From a virus, in IMG/VR virus record IMGVR_UViG_3300005098_000017, positions 32,001-96,000 of that record: a stretch of DNA of 64,000 nt. One strand, written 5' to 3'. Made by a program: the position numbers and the translations under genes. Positions 44,560-53,931 of the stretch are shown here, one piece after another. Position 1 is the stretch's first letter, and each line of letters opens with the position of its first letter. The notes under the pieces were generated by a model, which did no database searches, was not told the origin of the DNA, and saw only the letters and a list, made by a program, of their open reading frames with translations.

Positions 44560-46251
44560 TCACTGTGTGTCGGCCCCGAACCATCTCCGCTGTCGGACAC
44601 CCTCGGGGTTCCCACCTCCACACGGAGGTGAGTTTATCCGCACGGGGCCTGAAACTTTTTTTGTTCCCCTCACTGTCCCACCATGAAGCCCCGCCAAGGG
44701 CTCATTGTCTATGTTAATTATACCACCTATCGATTTTACATATCCATGCTTTTGCAACAGATACAGGAGAGATGTGTGTATATAGACCAAACGACTTGTG
44801 TTCCTACATTCAAGTCTACCGAACTCCTTATAGGTTCCGATAGGTAATCCTATCTTCTCAGCTATGTCATATAGACACCTTACAGCATCGATGAGTAACT
44901 TGTACTTAAACGTATAACGATTGCGGTCCTTAAGGACTCTTATCTTACCGTCAGGTATGTCGATATCCGTCAGTTCCAATGGTTGATTACGCATGTACCG
45001 TACGTATAGATCAATTATATGATTAATGTCATTTTTTATAAGTATGTTATCTAATAGATATTGATGTGATGATAGGATCTTGTGTAAACATCTTGCTATT
45101 ATGTGTAGCAATGGCTGCCTTCGTAGGAATTTCATATTGGTAAGTCGTCTGGGTGTTATGCGTCGTATCTGTAGGTTATGTATGGCCTGTGCTATGGGTT
45201 TGTAGTGATGAGCAAGCTGGTGTATGTGTCGTTGGCGTATGTACTTTAATGACTGTAGTTTCTTATCGAATGTGGTGTTTAGTGACCATGTTGATGCATA
45301 TGAGTAGTCAGGTGATGTTGATGGTCGTATGTTATAGACTGATATGTATGCGTCGTTAGATGGTGATGCATCCTTATACTTACTATGTATAATGTGCTTT
45401 TTGTAATATTTACGTATCTTAATGGCATGATTAGTCTGTTCCGTGGTTCGTTTATAGGATCTGATGTGACGGACGGTTAGAGGTAGTGCATACCACTCGG
45501 ACTGAGGCAGGCTGTAGACTTTAATGTCCTTATGAGGAATGTATCTATATGCAGATGGCTGGTATGCGATCTGTGTGTTGATGGGATCGTTGCGGTAGTA
45601 GGTACCTTTATTAGTATGTTTTTTTCTTATGAAATGATATGTTGGTATAAGGCGGAGAAGTTTATGTTTTTTAAGATATGTTATGTGCCGCCTTATAGTT
45701 GGTATGGATAGCTGAAGAAGTGAGGATATGAAATCTTGTGACTTGGGCATGTGTTTGGGATCGGCGGCAAGGAATGATAGGAGTGTTATTATCTGTGTTT
45801 GGGTATGTGCTGGTAGATTATTTAAGTAACTATATAATTGATCTGGTATGTAGACGAGCTTGAGAGGCCAGCCCTCTGGTGCGAGAAGCCGCGGGTTTAT
45901 GTCCTTTAGATCCTTGAGAGAGAATGAAAATGATGCATATGATGTATTAGTATCTTTATCATATTTTATCTTGAAGCCGATGGTTCTTGTTATGTTATAA
46001 ACCTGTGTGTAGTGTTTTTTAAAGGCCGGCAGGTTCTGTCTGACATATGATTTGAAATCATCATAGGGGATAAGCCCGCCGTTGTGCCATATGTAAAGGA
46101 GTGCGTTGAGTGTTTCGTAGAGAAGCCGCGGCTTCAAAGGACTGCGAGGTGCATAATAATTTGATAGAGCATCACCTACATACCTGAGAACGCCGCCTAA
46201 TGTGCTCACTATAATACAGTCATGTATGTCATCAGTGTAATACTTCATCAA
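44560..46251 (-). CDS. large basic protein with winged-HTH-like motif (replication initiator/regulator candidate)
   Basis: SQDFISSLLQLSIPTIRRHITYLKKHKLL; own promoter at 46273-46300. Confidence 0.55.
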   Translation of the reverse strand: MMKYYTDDIHDCIIVSTLGGVLRYVGDALSNYYAPRSPLKPRLLYETLNALLYIWHNGGLIPYDDFKSYVRQNLPAFKKHYTQVYNITRTIGFKIKYDKDTNTSYASFSFSLKDLKDINPRLLAPEGWPLKLVYIPDQLYSYLNNLPAHTQTQIITLLSFLAADPKHMPKSQDFISSLLQLSIPTIRRHITYLKKHKLLRLIPTYHFIRKKHTNKGTYYRNDPINTQIAYQPSAYRYIPHKDIKVYSLPQSEWYALPLTVRHIRSYKRTTEQTNHAIKIRKYYKKHIIHSKYKDASPSNDAYISVYNIRPSTSPDYSYASTWSLNTTFDKKLQSLKYIRQRHIHQLAHHYKPIAQAIHNLQIRRITPRRLTNMKFLRRQPLLHIIARCLHKILSSHQYLLDNILIKNDINHIIDLYVRYMRNQPLELTDIDIPDGKIRVLKDRNRYTFKYKLLIDAVRCLYDIAEKIGLPIGTYKEFGRLECRNTSRLVYIHTSLLYLLQKHGYVKSIGGIINIDNEPLAGLHGGTVRGTKKVSGPVRINSPPCGGGNPEGVRQRRWFGADTQ

Positions 46252-46272
46252 CCTCTATCTTGTTTTTGTATG

Positions 46273-46341
46273 ATTATAATCATAATGTACATGGAGTCAA
46301 GAAAAAAATTGTTGACAAGATTTATCTGATGAATATATAGT
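46273..46341. promoter_or_regulatory. divergent sigma70-type promoters
   Basis: minus: TTGACT-N16-TATAAT; plus: TTGACA-N16/18-TATATA/TATAGT. Confidence 0.7.
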
Positions 46342-46369
46342 AGTTGAAACCTATATCAGGAGGTTATCC

Positions 46370-46642
46370 TTGATCAAAATGATTGGTGATCATGTTCTTT
46401 TGAAGCCGCGCAAAAAGGAGCAGGTGGGTGGGATATATCTCCCCGAGGCAAAGGTTGAATTTTTTGAGGTTGTTGATGTCGGTGATGGTATACCGCTCCC
46501 TAATGGTACATATGCACCAGTTGATGTCCATGTTGGTGATATCGTTTTGGTACCAGAACATGTAGGTGTTGAATATGAAGATGGTGATACTACATACGTT
46601 ATTGCCCGCCTATCCGATATTGATGCCGTTGTAGAGGAATAA
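46370..46642 (+). CDS. groES: co-chaperonin GroES
   Basis: GDHVLL, GGIYLP, VVDVGDG, VHVGDIVL, SDIDAVVE. Confidence 0.9.
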   Translation: MIKMIGDHVLLKPRKKEQVGGIYLPEAKVEFFEVVDVGDGIPLPNGTYAPVDVHVGDIVLVPEHVGVEYEDGDTTYVIARLSDIDAVVEE

Positions 46643-46657
46643 GAGGAGGATGGAGAC

Positions 46658-47119
46658 TTGCGCGTCAAGCGATCTGACAAGGTCCTTCTATTTTCATCAG
46701 ACAGGCAGTTGAAATTACACCTATCCGAACGGTATAAGGTTGTAACTCCGGAATCTAATCGATTACCATTATTTATTATATTGGATGCTGTTTCACGGTA
46801 TCAGCACCTCGATGTCTTTTCATTATTAACGTATATGTTTGGTTACTTATATTTTAAGTTAGGTGAGTATGCGCGTCATAAGCAGCATTGTTATTTGGTT
46901 GTGTTGATGAAGCCGCGCGTTTTGAAGGTTTCATTGCTTGAAAAGAGATTAGTCAACCCCTTAAGCCGGTTGTTTAAGACTAAGAGATTTATACGTCAGA
47001 CGTCAGTTCAATCTGTGCGGTCGTTATCGCAGCTTATATCCCACCTTGGTGATTATTATAATGATAAGGGTTCGTATAAGGTTGCTATTTATCGGATAGG
47101 AGGATTTCATGAACGTTGA
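46658..47119 (+). CDS. hypothetical protein
   Basis: RBS, operonic. Confidence 0.65.
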   Translation: MRVKRSDKVLLFSSDRQLKLHLSERYKVVTPESNRLPLFIILDAVSRYQHLDVFSLLTYMFGYLYFKLGEYARHKQHCYLVVLMKPRVLKVSLLEKRLVNPLSRLFKTKRFIRQTSVQSVRSLSQLISHLGDYYNDKGSYKVAIYRIGGFHER

Positions 47120-47717
47120 TATTACAGCAAAGAGGGTTGTTGATGATTATTTGGACAAGGCTGGTATCGTTAGTTCAATAGAGACACCAGATGATTTAGC
47201 TCTTTATATATTAAGGTATGGTCATCGTTATCCGTCTTTATTGGTTGATGCAGTACAGAGGGTATGGAATGAGAAGATTGATCATTATGATGATGTCATA
47301 TATGTAACGGCAGATAAGTTTGCGCAGTCGTATTTGAAGGAGCTTGAGGGGATTGTATATGATTATAGGAAGCCCGCCGGGCTTATTGACACATATCTCC
47401 ATTTATTAGATGTAGCGCCGGCTTCAACACTAATGTTCGGTTACTACTTTTACATACATTCATCGGAGCTTATATTAGTTGCGCCTCTTGATTATTATAA
47501 CATGATAAAAGGTGCTTATGAATCATATTTCTGGGATTTTGAACCTAATTTAACGATTTTTGACCTTATAACATATGCATTTTTCGCCAAGTCCTTGAAC
47601 ATGGGTGTTGCAATTTTAGAAGGCAGTGATATATCACTTAGTATTGTAAAGAAGTTTATGTATCGCGTTAAATCCTTATATACGACAGAGGAGGTGATGG
47701 ATGATTCAAAGGAGTGA
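47109..47717 (+). CDS. hypothetical protein
   Basis: AGGAGG RBS. Confidence 0.75.
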   Translation: MNVDITAKRVVDDYLDKAGIVSSIETPDDLALYILRYGHRYPSLLVDAVQRVWNEKIDHYDDVIYVTADKFAQSYLKELEGIVYDYRKPAGLIDTYLHLLDVAPASTLMFGYYFYIHSSELILVAPLDYYNMIKGAYESYFWDFEPNLTIFDLITYAFFAKSLNMGVAILEGSDISLSIVKKFMYRVKSLYTTEEVMDDSKE

Positions 47718-48981
47718 ACCTGTTGTTATACCGTTACCTGTTAATATTTACACACAGTGGGATGAAATCAAAAGGTTCATTATTGAACACAAACACGATA
47801 TGGTTAGTATAAATAAGTTGCTTCACGATGTTTTTGGTTTGCCAAAGTCGACTGTCTATGCATTGTTAAAGACATTGGATCTGTTTATTGGTAGCTGGAA
47901 GGAATTAGACCGTATTGATGTTGAACCAGTATTGGGGCAGAAATTGTCCGAGCAGGATGTAATGGATTTATGGCCGGAGATTGAGAGTTATAAGAAGTTA
48001 GGGCGCGAGGGCTTCATAAAAACGCTAATGGACAAGTATAGATTGACATATTGGGCGGCGAGTAAATTATATTATCATGAAGGCGGGCATTCTAAGTATG
48101 ATAAGCGGAAGCACGAGGAGCCTATAGGGAAGGGATTCAAATCTGATGAAATATTAGACTGGCGGGCTTACTTGGAGGAAATGGAACATTTTCGTCATCG
48201 TATAAATTATAGTGAAGGTGATGTGAATTATGATTCCGTTTATGAGTGGCATGTACCGTCATCAAAGGTTGGTGTCATTTTTACATCCGACTGGCATCTT
48301 GGTTCCCGGTTTACTGATTATAAACGTCTTAGAGAACACATAGAGCTTCTTATGGATAATTTTCATGTATTTCTGGTTGGTGACATGGTCGATATGTTTT
48401 TATCATTTAAGAGTAAAGCTGTTGAGTTTCAGCAGATCGTGCCGCCAACGACGCAGTTGAAGCTATTGTATAGTATATTATTGGAGTTACAGCAGAAGGG
48501 GCGGCTTCATGTGATTTTATTGTCAAGCCAGCGCGTTCATGACTCAGCTGTTAGTGCTACGGCCGGCTTCGATCCTTACCAGTTTTTTGATGGTTTAAAT
48601 ACAGTCTATTTCAGGAATAAGGGTACTGTTTATGTACGCATGCCACAGAGAACATGGGAGGTATTAATTTTACATAAATATGGTCGTAATTCTTATAGGA
48701 ATCCGTTTAGCAGACATGTTTATGCTATTGATAATGTTTCAGCGACAGCGGATGTGATTGTTATGGCTCATCTACACCGCAGAGATTATGCCAGCTTCTA
48801 CTTTGGTGGAAAGCAACGAGTTTGTATAAACCTGCCGGGCTTCAAATATAACGATCCTTATACACAATCATATTTTGATCAACATGAAGCGCCGTTCCCT
48901 GTTGTTGTATTTGATGATGATGACAATACGGTTGATGTATATCCATCACCGGAGGTAGCGCGTTATGTTATTAGCAATTGA
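47701..48981 (+). CDS. calcineurin-like metallophosphoesterase with N-terminal extension
   Basis: SDWHLG, GDMVD, VHD, ILH, AHLH. Confidence 0.85.
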   Translation: MIQRSEPVVIPLPVNIYTQWDEIKRFIIEHKHDMVSINKLLHDVFGLPKSTVYALLKTLDLFIGSWKELDRIDVEPVLGQKLSEQDVMDLWPEIESYKKLGREGFIKTLMDKYRLTYWAASKLYYHEGGHSKYDKRKHEEPIGKGFKSDEILDWRAYLEEMEHFRHRINYSEGDVNYDSVYEWHVPSSKVGVIFTSDWHLGSRFTDYKRLREHIELLMDNFHVFLVGDMVDMFLSFKSKAVEFQQIVPPTTQLKLLYSILLELQQKGRLHVILLSSQRVHDSAVSATAGFDPYQFFDGLNTVYFRNKGTVYVRMPQRTWEVLILHKYGRNSYRNPFSRHVYAIDNVSATADVIVMAHLHRRDYASFYFGGKQRVCINLPGFKYNDPYTQSYFDQHEAPFPVVVFDDDDNTVDVYPSPEVARYVISN

Positions 48982-49070
48982 TTACAATGTTGTTCATAAA
49001 ATTTACAGGTATATGATGCATATAACATTAAATTATAATGAAGATTTACCAATTGAGGATTTGATAGGAG

Positions 49071-49466
49071 GTGTATATGCGAACGAGGCGAGAGGGCAGG
49101 TATCTGTTGATACAGGGTATCGATCCTCCGATAACGAGGGATGATGTATCCGCTGCAACAGCGATCCCGTTACGTCGTTTGTGTGATATTATGCATGTTA
49201 CTGATGATGGTCGTTCTGCGAAGATTGATTTAAGGTCTGTTGGGTTAGCTGAGTTGCTTGCTATAACATCATATCTTACCTTGCCGTGGGTTCCTGTGGC
49301 GATTGATTGGTTCCGTGTTAATATGAAGGCGCGATCTACATATGCTGTTGGTGTTATATTAGGCCGCGCGGCTTCATATATCCGTAAACAATTAGGCATA
49401 AAATTAGAGGGGGCAGATGAGGAAGATTCAGTACAATCTGAAGAAACGGTTGAGGCCAATCAGTGA
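49071..49466 (+). CDS. hypothetical protein
   Basis: AGGAGG RBS. Confidence 0.7.
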   Translation: MYMRTRREGRYLLIQGIDPPITRDDVSAATAIPLRRLCDIMHVTDDGRSAKIDLRSVGLAELLAITSYLTLPWVPVAIDWFRVNMKARSTYAVGVILGRAASYIRKQLGIKLEGADEEDSVQSEETVEANQ

Positions 49467-49857
49467 GGTTACGGCTGTTGTTGTTGATCTGCTTATCAGG
49501 CCGCAGACAAATCTGTACATTCCGGAGTCTGTGTTCGTGTTGCAGTTTGGGCTTGTTCTAAATCCGGGGATTATCAAAAGATTGCCATTGGATTTACATG
49601 AGGGGGACATAATTTTGCGGGCTGCATGGAAGGCCGACCTCATACGAACATGTAGTGGTGAGTATGTTAAGTCTGCTGATTATGTTGATATAGATGTACC
49701 AGATGTACCGGGCTTCATCATCAAACCGGATGACTATCTCAAGCTAGTTTATCATAGAGATATTATAGCAATTTTCGATGATGTTGATGATTGGGTAAAA
49801 TTTGTTAAACATTTAAGCAAGATGGAGGGAAATTATGGGAATCAGTGTACCAAATAA
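49417..49857 (+). CDS. divergent GroES-like protein with insertion
   Basis: LRPI, LYIPES, GLVLNPG, PLDLHEGDIIL, RDIIAIF. Confidence 0.55.
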   Translation: MRKIQYNLKKRLRPISEVTAVVVDLLIRPQTNLYIPESVFVLQFGLVLNPGIIKRLPLDLHEGDIILRAAWKADLIRTCSGEYVKSADYVDIDVPDVPGFIIKPDDYLKLVYHRDIIAIFDDVDDWVKFVKHLSKMEGNYGNQCTK

Positions 49858-50188
49858 TGTTAGGGATGAGATGGAACGAGAGCGTCGTGAGAAGATTGTG
49901 AAGCACGCGCTCCTTGGTGAGTTGATGCCTATTATGGTCGATCTTACGCGTCTGGTTACTGAAATACGTCATATACGTAACAAGGATGGTGATGATGCAC
50001 CACATCCTCATGTGAAAGATGATGTGCTTAATAAAATTGATTCATTGGTTGAGCTATTCTTTACGACATATACTGACTTTATGAAGACTTATATCAATGA
50101 TATCGATGGTCTTGCGCGTAGTGCGCTTGAGCGTATGATGCAGGAGAGTATGACAATGGGGCCGGGGCCTCGCATACCACGAGAGTAA
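49835..50188 (+). CDS. hypothetical helical protein
   Basis: GGAGG RBS. Confidence 0.7.
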   Translation: MGISVPNNVRDEMERERREKIVKHALLGELMPIMVDLTRLVTEIRHIRNKDGDDAPHPHVKDDVLNKIDSLVELFFTTYTDFMKTYINDIDGLARSALERMMQESMTMGPGPRIPRE

Positions 50189-50189
50189 T

Positions 50190-50534
50190 ATGAAACTATG
50201 TAATGGATACTACATAGGTGAGATCATCGATGATGGATCTGTTGCGCAGCGTACTGATATTATTGTGCCATTTGGGGAATTGTCGTATTTGTTAAGAGTG
50301 CGCATTAAGTGGAAGGCATCATCTGCTTTGGTATATTCAAGGAGACAGGACAAGTATATTGACCTACCAGTTTCAGTTAACGTTGGTGATGAGGTGTTGG
50401 TTCTGAGGTTTGATACGCAGCCTCTCGCTTTACGTGGTACCAATGAGCCGCGCTTCGTTATCGGTAGGTTGGTAGACATCTTGGGAGTATATGGGAATAA
50501 GAACAATATTGGCGAAAATAAAGAAGCGCGATGA
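50190..50534 (+). CDS. divergent GroES-like protein
   Basis: DIIVP, PVSVNVGDEVLV, VDILGV. Confidence 0.55.
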   Translation: MKLCNGYYIGEIIDDGSVAQRTDIIVPFGELSYLLRVRIKWKASSALVYSRRQDKYIDLPVSVNVGDEVLVLRFDTQPLALRGTNEPRFVIGRLVDILGVYGNKNNIGENKEAR

Positions 50535-50985
50535 GGCTGCTAATTATGATTATAAATACGAGAAAAAATATGGAATCCTGAGGCGTAAAGGACGCAAGTG
50601 GGATTCGGAACAGGAACGTATATTATATAGTATATTAAGGCAGATATATACGGGTCGTAAGATCTTTAACCATGTTCGTTTTGAGGAAGCGCCGACCCTT
50701 GAGTATGATTTTTTTATACCTGATGAATCCCTTGTTATTGAATATAACGGTCAGGAGCATTACTGTGTCGTTGAAGGTATGACTGTATATGATTTCTATG
50801 GCCGTGTGTATCGTGATCGTTGTAAATTAAATAATGCTTGCAAGCGTGGTTATACATACATACCCATTCCATTCGATATAGGTCTTACTGTTGGTATAGT
50901 AAAGAAGTGGATTGATAGTGGGTGGGATAAGGAAAAGGTAATACAACATTATCTTGAGTACTACGAAAAAAACAAATTCGGATAA
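50491..50985 (+). CDS. Vsr/DUF559-like PD-(D/E)XK endonuclease
   Basis: YDFFIP...VIEYNGQEH...D..K. Confidence 0.75.
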   Translation: MGIRTILAKIKKRDEAANYDYKYEKKYGILRRKGRKWDSEQERILYSILRQIYTGRKIFNHVRFEEAPTLEYDFFIPDESLVIEYNGQEHYCVVEGMTVYDFYGRVYRDRCKLNNACKRGYTYIPIPFDIGLTVGIVKKWIDSGWDKEKVIQHYLEYYEKNKFG

Positions 50986-51598
50986 GCTTGCGCGGGCTTA
51001 TGATGAAACAATCCAGCGTGTCTGGGATACATTTTTCCCCGGTGTTGATATCGATTTTGTCGTTGGTATGAGGGATGCTGCATCTGTTGCCAAGCTACCT
51101 ATCAAAAAATGTACCCCGGCGTGTCCATTGTATGATCAGTGTGAGGTAAGGAAGAAGTATTCGCCCTCATATTGCCCTATGGAGTTTGTTAAGTTCTTTG
51201 AGCAGTTGACTAACATGGCAAAGGAGCTTGATATTGATCCTGATAATGTAGTTGAGGCATCGCGTGTATTGGATTACCAGCTATTATCTCTTATACAGGA
51301 TGCGATATTGGAAAAAATACAGCATAATGGAATAAGTCAGTATGTGCCTGTTGTATCGGGGGAGGGTGTTATAGCGGAGGTTGAGGAGGTATCACCGTTT
51401 GTGAAGACGCTTATGGAGATTGCGAAATTGAAGGGTAAGATATTGGAGGAATTTTTAGCAACGCGTCAGTCGAAGAAAAAATTTGGTGAGGGCGAGGATA
51501 GTGATCCCGCGCGTTACTTATCAGGTTTACCTATTGTTGATGCGGAGGTTGAGGATGTAGATACTGAGAAGAAGGATGATGATAAAAAAGCAGATTAA
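50954..51598 (+). CDS. candidate terminase small subunit
   Basis: Cys cluster plus helical core; located upstream of terL. Confidence 0.4.
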   Translation: MSTTKKTNSDKLARAYDETIQRVWDTFFPGVDIDFVVGMRDAASVAKLPIKKCTPACPLYDQCEVRKKYSPSYCPMEFVKFFEQLTNMAKELDIDPDNVVEASRVLDYQLLSLIQDAILEKIQHNGISQYVPVVSGEGVIAEVEEVSPFVKTLMEIAKLKGKILEEFLATRQSKKKFGEGEDSDPARYLSGLPIVDAEVEDVDTEKKDDDKKAD

Positions 51599-52103
51599 AA
51601 TATTAGAGGGACTTGCTAAGTCAGGTAAAGAATTCGTGAGGCATTTTGGACAGTTCTTGCGTGGTTCACATAATTTAGAGCCGCTGATTGAGTTACCCGC
51701 GAAGACATTTAGGAAGCCGCCGCCTCTCCTTCTGTTCAAGAGATCAGCGGGTTTAATAGAAACAAACATCGTTAAACCTAAGTTGGTAAGATCTACGGTA
51801 AGGCGGTTGGAATATGCTATGACACAAGATGTAATTAAGCGGATGCGGCAGAAGCTTAATTATAAGTTTTTGAAGAATAAGGTCGTACCGTTGACCAAAA
51901 ATGTAAGAAGGGCGCGGCTTCGTACATCTTATAAGCTTATGAGACCCAAACCGACAGGCAGGCATATACGTGATGTGATGTCTATACAAGGTGCAGGTAT
52001 TGCTTGGGAGAATTTACATAAGCAGTCTTTAAATAAATTAGAGGTAACAAGGATAGGTTTTAGACCGAGGGTCAGGAAGCAATGGATAGGTTCGATCAGT
52101 TAA
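51576..52103 (+). CDS. highly basic hypothetical protein
   Basis: R/K-rich. Confidence 0.65.
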   Translation: MMIKKQIKILEGLAKSGKEFVRHFGQFLRGSHNLEPLIELPAKTFRKPPPLLLFKRSAGLIETNIVKPKLVRSTVRRLEYAMTQDVIKRMRQKLNYKFLKNKVVPLTKNVRRARLRTSYKLMRPKPTGRHIRDVMSIQGAGIAWENLHKQSLNKLEVTRIGFRPRVRKQWIGSIS

Positions 52104-52864
52104 ATTTATATGCGCAGCAGACTGATGAGTATTTCCTTCCCGAAGATAAATATAGACCATTGCCATGGAGGGTTGCTGCTAGTTATGTAGGTCTTATCAA
52201 ATCACCTTTTACGGCAAGTATTGGTATTGGTAAGGCCTATGCTACCTTAGCAGGCACATCAATCTTATATCATTATGTGTATCGTCCCAAGATATGGCGT
52301 ACTGCTGTTAAGACAGGAGAACTTAAGTGGGTTGGTTTCCCGGGCTTCAGAGGATTTGCGCAGGGTCCACGTGGTGGGGTGATGCGCAAGACAGGTCACT
52401 GGTTGTTTGGGCAGATGTTGAGACCTGTATTGAAGACGCAGGCTTATGATCTGTATAGGAAGCGCGGCTTAATGGGTGTTGCCATGTATATGAAGCAGGC
52501 TGGTAAGCCGGGTCTAGCGAGAAAGATTTATAAGGTTGCTCGTGTTTTGGGTGGTGGCAGCATCAAGGTTGGACGTGTTGCTGCAAGCTTGGGTCGTACT
52601 GCTGCTTGGGGTATGCTTGCGTATGATGTTGTTCGTGGTGGTATAGCACTAGCAGGGGCGGCTATGAACCGCGGGCTTCGCATTCTGGATAGAGTGCATA
52701 CTACATTAGTGCGTCTCAGGAGAAATCAATTACCGGAGGCCTATAGGATGCCTCAAGCGGCAACACTAAGGTCGTTGGCATTACAAGAGATTCATACATC
52801 ACGTACTAATGTAAGAAGTGTTTTACTGGGTAATGAGGCAGCTTATATGCATAGGGCATTATGA
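52082..52864 (+). CDS. basic Gly/Ala-rich putative virion protein
   Basis: R/G/A-rich; ends LGNEAAYMH. Confidence 0.65.
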   Translation: MDRFDQLNLYAQQTDEYFLPEDKYRPLPWRVAASYVGLIKSPFTASIGIGKAYATLAGTSILYHYVYRPKIWRTAVKTGELKWVGFPGFRGFAQGPRGGVMRKTGHWLFGQMLRPVLKTQAYDLYRKRGLMGVAMYMKQAGKPGLARKIYKVARVLGGGSIKVGRVAASLGRTAAWGMLAYDVVRGGIALAGAAMNRGLRILDRVHTTLVRLRRNQLPEAYRMPQAATLRSLALQEIHTSRTNVRSVLLGNEAAYMHRAL

Positions 52865-53208
52865 GAGCATTACGTAGATTAAGGGAAATATATAATAGGC
52901 CGCAGATAGCACCACGGAATGTTTACCATTTTGTTGATCCTTTAGCTCGTGTCAAACGGTTACGGTTGTGGAGGGGTCGATTAGTTAACAGTCAAGGCAA
53001 AAAGGTTGTTAACAAGATTTTGCCGTCTATAAAGCGCAGGAGGCCGCGGGCTTCAATGGCATTGAGTCGTAAATTACTAAAATTAACCAAACGCAGCTGG
53101 ATTGGATCGCGGCTTAGTCATTTTATGGTCTCAAAGGGGCGGCTTCGTAAGTGGGTTGGTGTATTAAATATATTGAAGGATGCTATAAGAATTAGGATGG
53201 TAGCATGA
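52861..53208 (+). CDS. highly basic hypothetical protein
   Basis: R/K-rich, ATGA-coupled. Confidence 0.65.
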   Translation: MRALRRLREIYNRPQIAPRNVYHFVDPLARVKRLRLWRGRLVNSQGKKVVNKILPSIKRRRPRASMALSRKLLKLTKRSWIGSRLSHFMVSKGRLRKWVGVLNILKDAIRIRMVA

Positions 53209-53930
53209 CAACTCAGATAATAAAAAGTTTACGCTCCCAAGTTTTTATACCGCCGTCGTTGCAGGAAATGGAGCATATTGCTACACGTATGCGACATTTT
53301 ACACAGTTGAAGCAGGCACGTAGCGCGTTCCAGCGGGCGTGGAGTTTCGCACGCAAGACTGGTTTAGGAGCTGAGTATATTGCATCAGCGCGTCCATATA
53401 TTTTAGGTAAGTATTGGAAAGCTGTAACTGGAATATCAGGTGGTTATAAAGGTAAGGTATGGGCTGAAGAGGTTTTTAAAACGCTGAGTACGCACTATGC
53501 TAGGTTTACAAGGGCGCCGTTGACTACAACTGTGGGTGTGCGTCAGGGACTGCGTACACCATTACTTGTATCGGAGTCGATTTTAGGTAAGCGAGTTATA
53601 TCATTGAAATCTGTTGCTGGTGCTGCAGCGGCTTCCCGTGCTGCTGCACAGGCTGGTGCTACAGGTGCTGCGAAGGGAGTAACAAATAGGATAATGAGGA
53701 ATCGTTTATTGAAGCGTATTGCTCAGGGAACGTTTAAATTTGCACAGAGCAAAACGGGTGCTTTTACAGCTGCTGTGCTCGGCGGGCTTATAGCATTAAC
53801 AATTGCTGGTGCAAGTTATGTAAGAAGGAATCCATCAGAGGTTGCTTTGGCCCAGCTTAGGCAGCGTAGGGCCACACGTTATCCAAGGGCGCCTTCTGGT
53901 TTGGTCTTTGCACTACATGCAACAAGATAA
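53205..53930 (+). CDS. basic Ala-rich putative virion protein
   Basis: ATGA-coupled, one hydrophobic segment. Confidence 0.65.
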   Translation: MTTQIIKSLRSQVFIPPSLQEMEHIATRMRHFTQLKQARSAFQRAWSFARKTGLGAEYIASARPYILGKYWKAVTGISGGYKGKVWAEEVFKTLSTHYARFTRAPLTTTVGVRQGLRTPLLVSESILGKRVISLKSVAGAAAASRAAAQAGATGAAKGVTNRIMRNRLLKRIAQGTFKFAQSKTGAFTAAVLGGLIALTIAGASYVRRNPSEVALAQLRQRRATRYPRAPSGLVFALHATR

Positions 53931-53931
53931 T

